Assembly (NCBI GenBank): GCA_013416795.1
Contig: RQSC01000025.1
Span: 346,858 to 410,857 of the forward strand
Source: Prasinococcaceae sp. CCMP 1430
Taxonomy: Eukaryota; Plantae; Prasinodermophyta
Direction of reading: 5' to 3'
Length of the DNA: 64,000 nt
Shown: one piece after another, positions 9,308 through 19,315 of the stretch
Layout: every line of letters begins with the position of its first letter
Numbering within the stretch: the stretch's first letter is position 1
The notes under the pieces: generated by a model
Seen by the model: the letters and a program-made list of their open reading frames with translations, nothing else
The model's database searches: none
Told to the model about the DNA's origin: nothing
Position numbers and translations under genes: made by a program

Positions 9308-11800
9308 ATGCTCGTGCTGGTCGCGGCCACGGGCCGCTCATTTGAGCTGGACGCGTCGCCCACCACGCGTGTCGACATTGTGCAGCGGGCGCTCGAATCG
9401 CTCGCCGGCGTGCCAGTCGCCGAGCAGGTCCTCATCAGCGGTGGAACGAGGCTGGACCCCGGCAGGGAGCTGCAGCACTATGGTCTACCGAGCGTGTCCC
9501 CGCGGCAGCAGCAGCAGGGAATGAGCTCGTCCACTTCGAGCCTCCGAACGCTGCGCCACGTATTTCTCTTCAGCAAGGATCTGCTGAGGGGCGGCACAGG
9601 CAGCGAGGAGAGCCGCGCACCACCCCCGATAGAGCCCCCGGACGATGACGATGCCGTGGCCCCACCGCCATACGACGATGCTGGCGCTGCGGCTGGCCCG
9701 CGCCATCCCCTCGACAATGCGCCCAGCCCCCTTCTGCGGGCGCTTCCAGACTACCAGCGGCGCTTTCGGCACCACCTGGGCTACGCTCGAGCACTGTGGG
9801 GATGCAGCCAGGCGCGACTAGCGACGGCTCGGCGTCTCGTGGCGGAGCAGCACGTGCAGGCGCTGGCAATTGACAGCGCACGCGAAAACGTCGAGGCGCA
9901 CTACGAGTACATCGTGCGCTTCTACGAGAGCTTCGTGGCCGACTTTGAGCGCCGGCGCGCCGAATTCCGCGCCACGCTGTCGCGCTTCCCGCAAGACCTC
10001 GAGCGCCTGCAGACGATCCCGACGGTGGGTGCGGCGACTGCGGCGGGCTTCACCTCGCTCGCCGACTGCGTCAATGCCGAGCGCCTGCGAGGTCGCGCCG
10101 CGGAGTGCGAGGAGGGGCTGGCGCGCTTCGAGGTCAAGGTGCAAGATTTGGGGTCCAAGTTCGTCGAGCTGCAGCAAGCGGTCGAGGCACTCATGATGAC
10201 CGGCCCGGACATTGACATCGGCGAGCTCGACGCCGACCTGCGCGACGCAAGCGCCTACGTTGAAGAGCAAACAGCGGTGACGCAGTCGCTGCAGAAAGAC
10301 CTCGAGACGGTCGAACGCATGGCTGAGGAGACCCTCCGCCAGCTCGAGGGGCGACAAGGTGCAGGTCATGCTCCGGCCTCCCTGACTAGACCCGACGTCG
10401 GCGCGCTGTCGGCGTCACAGTCAATGTCAGCTTCGCCGCTGGACAACGTGGCCGCCCTGGATCCGATGAATGCGCTGCACACCAGTGCTCACCTCCCGCA
10501 GATGGAGTCGTGCGACGCGCACCTGGACGCCCTTGCGCGTCGCTGCCATGCGGCGAAAGCGGCTATGACTGCCGCAGTGCACTCGCAGCTGCGCGATGTG
10601 AGCCGGCTCCAGGGCCGCATCCGTGACATGAAGCGCACTGTCACTCTCTTTGGCGAAGTGATGTCGCGGCAGGCGTCGGCGTTTGACGAGCTACGCGCAG
10701 CTGCGCGTGCCCCCGCAGCGTTCAGCGCGTGCCTCGCCGAATGCGCGCGCCGTCGCGCCTTCCAGAAGCACTACGCGGCCAAGGCGGCCGCTATGGCCGA
10801 AGCGCTGGCGGTCGCGCGAGCCGCTGAGGCTGACCGTGCCTCGAAATTTGCTCGTTCTCATGAGCGATACCTCCCACGCCAGCTGCTCGACGCGATGGGT
10901 CTCTACGCTACGCCGCCAGGATGCGACGTGTCGGTGCCACCTGCAGATGGAGGGGCCTATGGTGGCGCCATGACCGACACCGAAATGGCCGCCCTTCCTG
11001 CAGATCTCCGCGCGCAAGCCGAGGCGGAGGCCAAGGAGGCGGCGCGCGCCGCTGACGCACGAGCTGCCCAGGAGGCCGAACACAATGATTCAGCAATGGC
11101 GGCACTAGCATCCGACGTGACTCAGGCTGAAGCTGCCCTTGGCAAAGCCGAGGCGGAGCTGCAGGCCCCCGTCGAGCCGCTCGCCGTGTCGGCGGCGGCA
11201 GCGTTCCCCGAAGTGCCAGAGCCAGGCGCACCTTCGAATAGTCAAGCGCCGTCCACTCAGTGCCCTGACGACACTGGGAGGCTCACGGTCGCTCTCAATG
11301 AATGCGGTGTGTCGTGCGCACTCCCAGTGGGATCCTCGCAGGCGGGACCCAGCGAAGAGCCGCTGCGGACTGGTGCTGCCAAGGCGAACGCAGACGATTC
11401 TGCGTACTCGTGCGAAAGCGCACCAGAGCAAGGCCCCGTACCAGAGCAAGGCCCAACCATGCATGCCAATCAGCAAATCGAGGGCAGCCGCCACGAGGGC
11501 GTGCTGTGCGGGGAGGGCGAGGCGGCAGTCGCGTCTTCAGAGCCAAGGGACGCTCCGCCGATCCAACTGACCGCCGTTGAGCCAGAGCAGCGCTCGCAAT
11601 CGTCGGCGGAACAGCGGGGGGAACATGCCCGGGCGGAGGCGCCCGCGGGAGAGTGCGAGACGAAAGGCGATGGCTGTCCGAGCATTCCTGCCGAAGTGAC
11701 TACCCCAGCCCCCGCTGAGTCGAGCGACTCTGAGGACGACGGCGCGATCCCAGACCTCGACGAGGCAGTCGCGTCAATGCACAGCGACGGCCTTTGCTGA
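9308..11800 (+). CDS. ATG11: ATG11/ATG17-family autophagy scaffold, 830 aa, intronless, no recognisable C-terminal Claw domain
   Basis: The N-terminal ubiquitin-like domain LVLVAATGRSFELDASPTTRVDIVQRALESLAGVPVAEQVLISGGTRLDP...YGLP...VFLFSK parallels plant ATG11. It is followed by an ATG17-like helical region (QHVQALAIDSARENV, HLPQMESCD, PAAFSACLAECARRRAF, HERYLPRQLLDAMGL). Confidence 0.82.
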   Translation: MLVLVAATGRSFELDASPTTRVDIVQRALESLAGVPVAEQVLISGGTRLDPGRELQHYGLPSVSPRQQQQGMSSSTSSLRTLRHVFLFSKDLLRGGTGSEESRAPPPIEPPDDDDAVAPPPYDDAGAAAGPRHPLDNAPSPLLRALPDYQRRFRHHLGYARALWGCSQARLATARRLVAEQHVQALAIDSARENVEAHYEYIVRFYESFVADFERRRAEFRATLSRFPQDLERLQTIPTVGAATAAGFTSLADCVNAERLRGRAAECEEGLARFEVKVQDLGSKFVELQQAVEALMMTGPDIDIGELDADLRDASAYVEEQTAVTQSLQKDLETVERMAEETLRQLEGRQGAGHAPASLTRPDVGALSASQSMSASPLDNVAALDPMNALHTSAHLPQMESCDAHLDALARRCHAAKAAMTAAVHSQLRDVSRLQGRIRDMKRTVTLFGEVMSRQASAFDELRAAARAPAAFSACLAECARRRAFQKHYAAKAAAMAEALAVARAAEADRASKFARSHERYLPRQLLDAMGLYATPPGCDVSVPPADGGAYGGAMTDTEMAALPADLRAQAEAEAKEAARAADARAAQEAEHNDSAMAALASDVTQAEAALGKAEAELQAPVEPLAVSAAAAFPEVPEPGAPSNSQAPSTQCPDDTGRLTVALNECGVSCALPVGSSQAGPSEEPLRTGAAKANADDSAYSCESAPEQGPVPEQGPTMHANQQIEGSRHEGVLCGEGEAAVASSEPRDAPPIQLTAVEPEQRSQSSAEQRGEHARAEAPAGECETKGDGCPSIPAEVTTPAPAESSDSEDDGAIPDLDEAVASMHSDGLC

Positions 11801-11963
11801 GCGTGCGCACGCCATGCAACTGCGGTGCGTTGCGCCGCCTCGGGGCAGCCTGTTGCTCCGGGCGATTCGCCGCTGGTGAGAGGATGGACTTCTGCTCATG
11901 TCGCTGCACATCTGTTCTTTGTTTGTTACATACAAAACATTGGTCAGCCCGCACCCGCCCTTC

Positions 11964-12692
11964 TTAATGAAGGCGCCTTTCCTTGTACCTCGTCCTTTCC
12001 TCCTCCATGGCCTCCACCTCTCTCAGCCACATGAGGCGTTTGCGCTTGGCCTCTTTACGGAGGCTGATGATGCCACCCCCGGCAGGCTCGGCCGCGCGGC
12101 CCGGCGCTCTGCTCTCTGCTCGCTCGCGCCCCTCGCCCGCCTCGTGTTCTCGCTGACGTCGTTCCAGCTGCTCCATTGGATCCACTGGCGGCGGCGTGCG
12201 CGAGCGCGAGCGCCTCCGCCCCGGTGCAGCGGCGGCCGCCTCACCGTCGCCGTATCGCTTTCTAAGAAAGTCGACCATGCACGCGCCATCGCCGCCGTCC
12301 TCGCTGTCATCGCCGAGGCCGCCGCCGCTCGCGAGGAGTTCATCATACAGCTGCGCCTTGCGCTCCAGCGCGCTGTGTATGCTTGGCCGATCCATAGCAC
12401 TCAGTGCAGCCGCATCGGCAGCAGCACGCTCACGGACGCCTCGGTTGTGCACGCTTGGCTCATCGTCTGCTCCCGATCCACGCCCCGCGCCTGGCTTCTT
12501 GAGGCGCAGGCCGCCGCCCGTACCCGAACTGGGCCTGCCGTGACATCTCCTCACCCGCGCCCCTTCCGCCCCGGCGAGCTGCGCTTTGAGCCCATCGAGC
12601 GCACTTCCATCCACATTCCCCGGAAGCAGCTGCTTCTGACGCTTGCGTGCTGCCACGTTGTGAACCGTTGCGAGGAAGCCTGCGCCACCCAT
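11964..12692 (-). CDS. CCDC174-like (DUF4078-family) protein
   Basis: GNVDGSALDGLKAQL ... HNRGVRERAAAD ... SALERKAQLYDEL ... MVDFLRK resembles CCDC174. Start placed at ATG 12692 (MGGAGF); an upstream ATG is possible. Confidence 0.7.
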   Translation of the reverse strand: MGGAGFLATVHNVAARKRQKQLLPGNVDGSALDGLKAQLAGAEGARVRRCHGRPSSGTGGGLRLKKPGAGRGSGADDEPSVHNRGVRERAAADAAALSAMDRPSIHSALERKAQLYDELLASGGGLGDDSEDGGDGACMVDFLRKRYGDGEAAAAAPGRRRSRSRTPPPVDPMEQLERRQREHEAGEGRERAESRAPGRAAEPAGGGIISLRKEAKRKRLMWLREVEAMEEERTRYKERRLH

Positions 12693-13170
12693 GCGGCGTG
12701 CGCTGCGCGTGAAATGCTCGGCCTGCACAGCTCGCTCATCGCCGCCCCGATGCACGGACATCACACGCGACACGCGCGTCAGAGGGGGGGGGCAGGCCAA
12801 GCACACGGTCCAAAGCTTGCGGAGCCGTGCAGTCCGGCGTAGCGGTTGGCGCCGCGGCGGACGCTACGGTGCCCCGCGCGTACCACTGTGCTCGCCTTGG
12901 CGCGCGCCAGAGCGTGGCGCAGTGAGTGCTCGACACTTGCTCGGTGTGCCCGCCTGGGCGCTGCTCGCGGTCGTTCGCTCGCCCGCACCGCGTAGCCCGG
13001 CTCAGGCCCCTCACGGGTCAGCGTTGGGAGCGGCGGCGGCAGCAGCAGCGGCGGGTCAGGCTGGGTGCGCTGTGTGATGCGCCGTCCGCGGCAGCAGCAG
13101 CAACAGCAGGTCTCGGCGGGCGCGCCGTGTGACGCGCCGTCCGTGCTACTCGAGCGTCCCGTGCCTACCA

Positions 13171-13291
13171 GTACTGCGCGTGGGTACCTGGCATGGACCA
13201 CATGGCATGTCTTTTAAGTTTTTTTTGGTCACCGGGTACACGTGCGGTACCCCAGGTACGCGTGTGCCTGGAGACCTGGTAGTCGGGGTAC
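13171..13291. promoter_or_regulatory. Cluster of six GTAC motifs in 121 bp within an intergenic island
   Basis: GTAC at 13171, 13184, 13236, 13247, 13256 and 13288, counted directly. Function is inferred only. Confidence 0.4.
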
Positions 13292-14640
13292 GCAATCTTG
13301 AGGTCTTGAGGATACCTTCCGATCGGCGGGCAGCTCGGTCCGGGCAGCTCGTCGTACGACAGACAAGACACCCCTTGGCTGGCACGGCACTCTCGGGCTC
13401 GCACCACGGGTCGACCATCGATTCCATGGTGCACGTGCACATGCGCGCGTCGCTGGGCCGGTCGATGCGCAAACTCGAGCGCCCGCCGCTGCGAGTGGCG
13501 ATCGGATCCAAACCGACGCGTCCTCACGCGCGCGCGCGGCCGCACGTCGCTCCGGCCGGCCGGATCGAGATCCCCTAGCAACCACCCAACCAACACCCCG
13601 GCGGGCCTGCCTGCTGCCCTGCCGGCCGGCCGCGGCGGCACGCGCGAGGCGTCACCGCGTCTCCGAGCGGCGAAAACCAAAAAAAAAAACGCGCACGCGC
13701 GCGCGCGCGCGCGCCTTCCCCCCACCCCGCGGCCCCGCACGGAAGGGATTCCACCTCAGCGCGCACGCGCGACCTCGGCGCGCGATCGTAACGCAACGAA
13801 GGCGGAGTTTGCCCCGTTCGCGCAGCACGCGCGGCCGGAAGGATTCCGCCCGCGCGCGGCGCGGGGGTGCCGCAGTGTGGAATCCCCTCGGGCGAAAGCG
13901 CGCGCGCGCGCGCGCGGCCAGACCGAGCGCAGCAGCGCCCCCCGGCCCGGGGTGCGGCGGCGACGCCCATTTTTTTTTTTTTTTCCGAGGGGAGCGGAGG
14001 CGGGCGGTGGTGGGCTGCGGGGCCGCTGCGCGCCCGCGCCGCATGCTTTTTGATTTTGATTTTGTTATTTTTTTAGGCGGGCGCATTTTTCGCCCAATTT
14101 CCCCAAAAAAGGGTGGGCACGAGCGACGGCGCGCCCAGCCGCGGCGCGGGTGGACGCGGCGCTGGCGCCGGTCGCCGCACGCGAGCAGGCTGCAGGGAAG
14201 AGAGGGCTCACGCGAGGGGACGCCTTCCTGGGACCCTGATCCAGCCAGCCCGAGGCGCTCGCGCGCGCGCGCGAGCTGTTGCGACCCCTGCGCCCGACGC
14301 TGCTTGCTCCTCTAGCACAGCGCGGTTTGGCCCCCCATTTTTGGGGGGGTGGGCGGGAAGGTGACGCACAGGAGGGGGGAAGTGGGAGGGGAGAAGGGCG
14401 CCCGACGCCCGGTGGGGAGCACGCCCACGCGTGGTTGGAGCTGTCGCGAGATGGCATCGGCACAGAATCCGACACTTCGATGCCGAGGCGCGCTTCCTCA
14501 GGCTGTTGGTGGGCCCCTGCTAGCGCGTCGTCTCCGCGCCAACAGTTTTCAAATGCTCATGTGCGTTGTGCTGACCGCCCAGCGCGCGTGATGTTCTCTT
14601 TGCCTCGCGCGTGCACGTGCCCTGCAGGCTACACCACACC

Positions 14641-15409
14641 ATGGGAGGACCGGGCTCGGGCCGCAAGAGGGGCTCCAAGAACAAGACGCCATCCAAGGCG
14701 GCGCAGGCCGCGGCGGGGATGGGCGTCCCCACCGACAGCACGCCGAAGGTGATGCGCGCTCGGTGCCCCCCTCCAAAACTTTCCTCTTTTGCCGCTCCTG
14801 CCCCTGCAGCGCGTCAGGTTCGAACACAAGTGCTTGCGGGTCGAGCACAAGTGCCTGTGTTGGCGGGTAGACGCTGGCGCAGTCGTTTGCGTGGGCGCCC
14901 ACCTAGCCTCGGCCTGGATTGGAGGCGTGTCGTCTCGCGCGTCCGTCCCGTGCGTGGGCACGTGCACGCGCGCGCACGGTGCGCACGCACTACGGACTGC
15001 CGTGTCGTGTCGCGGCTGGAGAGATGAACTCTGCCATAGCGATGGGGATCGCCATCGTCCTCGAGTAGCGCACAGATTGTGTGGATTGGTGCGCGGTGCT
15101 CTGGGCAAGCTGAAACGCTGATGCTGACCATGATCCGCGCGCGCTGCCTGGCGTTGCGAGCAGAAGCGCGGCCGCCCAAAGAAGGATCGCTCGATGGAGT
15201 CGCCCGTCGCTAAGCGCCCGCGCGGCCGCCCGCCGAAGGCACGCGCAGTGCCCATCGAGTTCCGCCCGACGCCGCCCGCCTCCGTCAAGGAGGGGGAGGT
15301 CGTGGCGTACCTCGATCTGCAGGATGGCGGGCTGAAGGTGAAGCTGACGAAGAACGGCACCCTGTACACCGGTCTGCTGCCGCTCGTGCTCGAGGCCGAG
15401 ACCAAGTGA
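14641..15409 (+). CDS. Small AT-hook DNA-binding protein; exons 14641-14748 and 15164-15409 (an extra middle exon is not excluded)
   Basis: Spliced phase-0 product MGGPGSGRKRGSKNKTPSK...STPK|KRGRPKKDRSMESPVAKRPRGRPPKARAVPIEFRP...VKLTKNGTLYTGLLP has two clear AT-hooks (RGRP) plus a related basic motif. Confidence 0.7.
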
Positions 15410-15823
15410 GCGCGCGCCATGCTACGCGCGCACGAGCACGCGCGGTCATGGTCGCGCGGCGTGCGCCCGCTCCGCCTCATGAGCGCGCGAGGTATACTGA
15501 GCGCGAGGAGCGCCCTGTCCCAGGCGCAGCCATGTAATCAGGGCTGCACTCGGTCCCTTTGATAGATCGATCGTGGTCACGGCTTGCTGCAGCGCTTTTG
15601 CGCGCGCAGAGCATGCTGTGGACACAAATCCCAAACGGGGAAGCCGCGCCGAAGGCGGCGCCATGGCGCAGTATGTGCCCCCCTTTTCTTGAACGAAGCG
15701 CAATCGAGACAGTCCTACGAATGCCGACGCGTCGCTGGCCGCGTCTGAGCGAAGGCGCTTCGCACATGTGAGAAGCGAGCCACGCGACTTCAAAATTACA
15801 CAGCGTGGCGCACGAGCGCAACC

Positions 15824-18337
15824 TCACTTGCGCTTGCGCGCGGACCGGCGCACGGGCGAGGCCGCCTCCTCGGGCTGTGCCGCCACCGGGATCACCGCTT
15901 CGTTGGGCTCATCGTTTTGGAGGCGCTTGAGTGCCAGGGGCACACTGGGGGAATCGACGCTGGGTGCTGCCCCGGCACTGCGCTTGCGTGAGCGCGTGCT
16001 GCGTGCCGAGGTGGGATCGCTCGGTAGCGCTTTGGTCGCCCCTGTCCGCGCCACAGCTGTCTTGGCAGTCGCGCGAGCAGTCGGCCGCCGCAACTTGCTC
16101 CCCCTCCCAGCGGTCTTTGCATCGATCGTTGCAGTAGAAGCAACAGGTTCCACGGGGGTGGCCTCCGGCGCCGGCGGGCCCTCGTCGCGAGCGGCAGTCT
16201 GGGCAGCCTCGCTCAGACGCCGCAGCAAGTCGGCCTTGCGGCCAGTCGTGGGAAGGCCGCGCGCCCCCAGCTCGCGCTCCAACTCGGCCACTTTCATTGC
16301 AGACATCTCCTCCTCGGAAGGGAAAGGAGTGCTTGTGGTCGCTGGCAGCGCAGGCGTCGCGGTTGTAGGCGCAGGGGTTGCCTCCGGCTCCGGCGCGCCC
16401 TCGTCGCGAGCGGCAGTCTGGGCAGCCTCGCTCAGACGCCGCAGCAAGTCGGCCTTGCGGCCAGTCGTGGGAAGGCCGCGCGCCCCCAGCTCGCGCTCCA
16501 ACTCGGCCACTTTCATTGCAGACATCTCCTCCTCGGAAGGGAAAGGAGTGCTTGTGGTCGCTGGCAGCGCAGGCGTCGTTGCAGTCTGGGCAGCAGCTAG
16601 CCCGGACACAGCTTCGGCTCCGCGCTGGCGACTCGAGCGCCGGCCGGCGCCAGAGGTGGGTGCGACCGAAGGTGCCGATGCCTGTACCGGCTCCGGCGAC
16701 TCAATCGCTGCCTCGCTCGGGGTTGGCACAGCACGGCTGGCACGCCGAGACCGCTTTGCTGGCGGGGCCGCGTCTTCCTGAGCCCCGAGGCCAATCTCGG
16801 CACCGCCTGCTGGCTCCGCCGCGTCGACACTGATGCGCTTCGAGGATCGGCGCCTCTGAGGAGACACAGCGTCACGCGAGGCGACCTTCTCTGCTACGCC
16901 GCGCTCCTTGTCCTTGCGCTTGCGTGAGCCTCGCGGAGACTTTCCTGCCGGAGACTTTCCTGCCGGGGACTTTCGCGCTTGTGCAGACGTGTGCTTGGCC
17001 TCCGCGTGTGACGCCTTCGCGTCCTGTAGGATCTTCTCCTTGTCCGCAATAGCTTTCTGACGTATCGCGTCCGCCTCAGCCTTCGCCGAAGCGAGCACGT
17101 CCTGCGCCTTCAGTTTTGCAGCAGCCAGCGCCTCTGTTGCGTCCCTATGCGCTGCTTCAGCCTCCTCGCGCCTGCGCGCAGCATCAGCTCGAGCCGATTC
17201 AGCCGCGGCAAGTTTTTCGGAAAGCTGCACCTCCTTCTCAGAAACGGCCGCTTCATGCGCCTTGAGGGCGCCCGCACGGCTTTCAAGCTGCGCACTCTGG
17301 ACTCGCAGCTGTTCCATCCGATCCTCGTATTCCTGCCGCTCCTGCTCGGCGAGCGCGCGTGCCTCCTGGTGTGCCGTTTCTGCGAGCGCGGCGGCCTCCA
17401 TTCGCTCTGTGGCCTTCGCCATTTCGCGGCGTGCGGCGGCTTTCGCAGCTTCTTGGTCGGCTGCTGCCGCCGCGACGCGAGCTCCTGCGTCTCGTGTTGC
17501 CGTGTCCGCTGCGGCTGTTGCCACCTCAGCCTTGGCCTGAGCCGCCTTCATCGCCGCCTCCATCTTGCCGCTCTGGGCCTCGGCGGCGAGGGCCCTTTCC
17601 TCCGCGCTCCTCCTCGCCTCGACGAGCTTTGCAGCCTGCGCTTCGTGGGTCTTAAGCGACGCCGCCTCATCCGCTGCAATCTTCCTCGCAGCCTCTTCGG
17701 CGGCTTCGATCTTCTGCTCGGCCTCCAGCGCGCGCTTGCGCCACTCCTCGACCTGCGACGACGCCATGCTCATCTGGAGCTCGGCCTCATTGCTTCTCTG
17801 GGCGGCTTCGGCCATGGCCTTCCTTGAGTTGGCATCGACCTCGTCGATACCCGCGTGCGCAATCTCCAGCCGCTCCAAAAGGTCGTTGCGCTCGACGGTG
17901 TACTCCAGCCGCTCCGTCTCGAGCGCAGCAATGCGCCGTTCCATCTCCTGAGCGCGCGCGCGACTCACTGTATCACCTGAAGTCCCGCCACACGCGCCAA
18001 GGGCGCCGCGATCGCGGAATGTGTCCCACACCGAGCGAACGGGAGGCACCGCGGCCGAGGCGGGACGCGGCTGCGGCCTTTCGGTGAATTCTTCGCCTGC
18101 CTCATCCAGCGACGAGAAAAGCGGCATGCGCATGCCGAGCGAAGCGTACGCCCTCTTGGCGCGCGCGCTTGAGAATGCGCCCCCGGACGCTGGAGGCTCG
18201 CGTGGCTGTGGCGTGGCCGCCGCGGCGGTGGCAGCCGCAGATACCAAGAGCGCGCCCGCGCCTTCCAGACCCTCGCCACCTGCGCCGGGCGATGCAGCGA
18301 AAAGCGGGTTCGTAGCGCCGAGCTCGGCCATCACCAT
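15824..18337 (-). CDS. Nuclear coiled-coil protein with two tandem SAP domains, 837 aa
   Basis: ATG at 18337 (MVMAELGATNP). Long E/A/K/R heptad region, basic NLS-like motifs (GSRKRKDKE, RRSARKRK), and two copies of MSAMKVAELERELGARGLPTTGRKADLLRRL (SAP consensus). Confidence 0.85.
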   Translation of the reverse strand: MVMAELGATNPLFAASPGAGGEGLEGAGALLVSAAATAAAATPQPREPPASGGAFSSARAKRAYASLGMRMPLFSSLDEAGEEFTERPQPRPASAAVPPVRSVWDTFRDRGALGACGGTSGDTVSRARAQEMERRIAALETERLEYTVERNDLLERLEIAHAGIDEVDANSRKAMAEAAQRSNEAELQMSMASSQVEEWRKRALEAEQKIEAAEEAARKIAADEAASLKTHEAQAAKLVEARRSAEERALAAEAQSGKMEAAMKAAQAKAEVATAAADTATRDAGARVAAAAADQEAAKAAARREMAKATERMEAAALAETAHQEARALAEQERQEYEDRMEQLRVQSAQLESRAGALKAHEAAVSEKEVQLSEKLAAAESARADAARRREEAEAAHRDATEALAAAKLKAQDVLASAKAEADAIRQKAIADKEKILQDAKASHAEAKHTSAQARKSPAGKSPAGKSPRGSRKRKDKERGVAEKVASRDAVSPQRRRSSKRISVDAAEPAGGAEIGLGAQEDAAPPAKRSRRASRAVPTPSEAAIESPEPVQASAPSVAPTSGAGRRSSRQRGAEAVSGLAAAQTATTPALPATTSTPFPSEEEMSAMKVAELERELGARGLPTTGRKADLLRRLSEAAQTAARDEGAPEPEATPAPTTATPALPATTSTPFPSEEEMSAMKVAELERELGARGLPTTGRKADLLRRLSEAAQTAARDEGPPAPEATPVEPVASTATIDAKTAGRGSKLRRPTARATAKTAVARTGATKALPSDPTSARSTRSRKRSAGAAPSVDSPSVPLALKRLQNDEPNEAVIPVAAQPEEAASPVRRSARKRK
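16178..16578. repeat. Identical 182-bp internal direct repeat (16178-16359 and 16397-16578, period 219 bp = 73 codons) encoding the SAP domain
   Basis: Base-by-base comparison of the two copies showed no mismatch. Confidence 0.95.
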
Positions 18338-19315
18338 CGTCGTAGCCGCGTGGCACGGCGCTCGGCGGCGGCGGGGGCTGCGCCGGCGGCTGCAGCGCGC
18401 TCCAGGCTGGGCGCGCGCCGCTGTGCACGGAGTGGCGCCGCCCGCGCGTCCCCGCCACATAGGGCACGGCCGGAGGCGCCGCGCGCCGAGTCGCCGCGAA
18501 AACGCGCGCGCGCCCTTTTTTTCCCCCTCCCCCCGGGGGAAATAAACAAAATAAAAAGCGCCAAAAAATGGGCGCGGAAAAAACTCGGCGCGGCGCGCGG
18601 CGCGCGCGAGCGCGGCTGGAGGGTGACACGTCGGGTGCCACGCTGCAGACTCCCCCGGTGTCAGCCAGGCCAGCCAATAGTAGCTATTGGAGTGACTTGG
18701 GACTAGTCCATGTCAGCGCGGCATGTGATCATTCCGAATTGATGCCGGGGATGGCGGCCGGACCGGTCCCGGGCAGATTCGGTCTGCGCAATCGGGATCC
18801 TCGAATCCTATCTGGCGCGCGCGGGCGAGCGAGGACCGCAGCAGGCCCCCGAAAAGCGCGCCGCGCAATCGCGCCGGCGATGATAATTACAGGCGCTGGC
18901 TGGAGGGCGCACGCAATCGCGCGCGCGCGCGGCGGCCAGCCGCCCTTATCCTCTGCGCCGCGCGCGCAGAGGCGGCGCGCGCGCGGGGCGCAAACGCAAG
19001 GCCCAGCGCGCGCTGCTGCGGCGGCCGCTTCTGCCGCGCCACACGCGCACGCGCCCTCGCGCACGTTCGCAGGCTTGCGCGCGCGAGCGCACATACGCTT
19101 CCCCGGCTTGCCCCCGCTCCAGGTTCCCTCCCCCGCTCGCGCCTAACCAGCACACCCACACATCAACCAGCCCCACACCCCTTCCGCTCAGTCCTTCGCA
19201 CCCATCCGCGCACGCAACTTGCCTCTTCCTGGCGCGCTGCTGACGCTCCGTCGGCGAGGATCGAGAGCCACGCACGCGCACAAGGACGCGCACACGACAC
19301 GTGACCATCGTGCCG

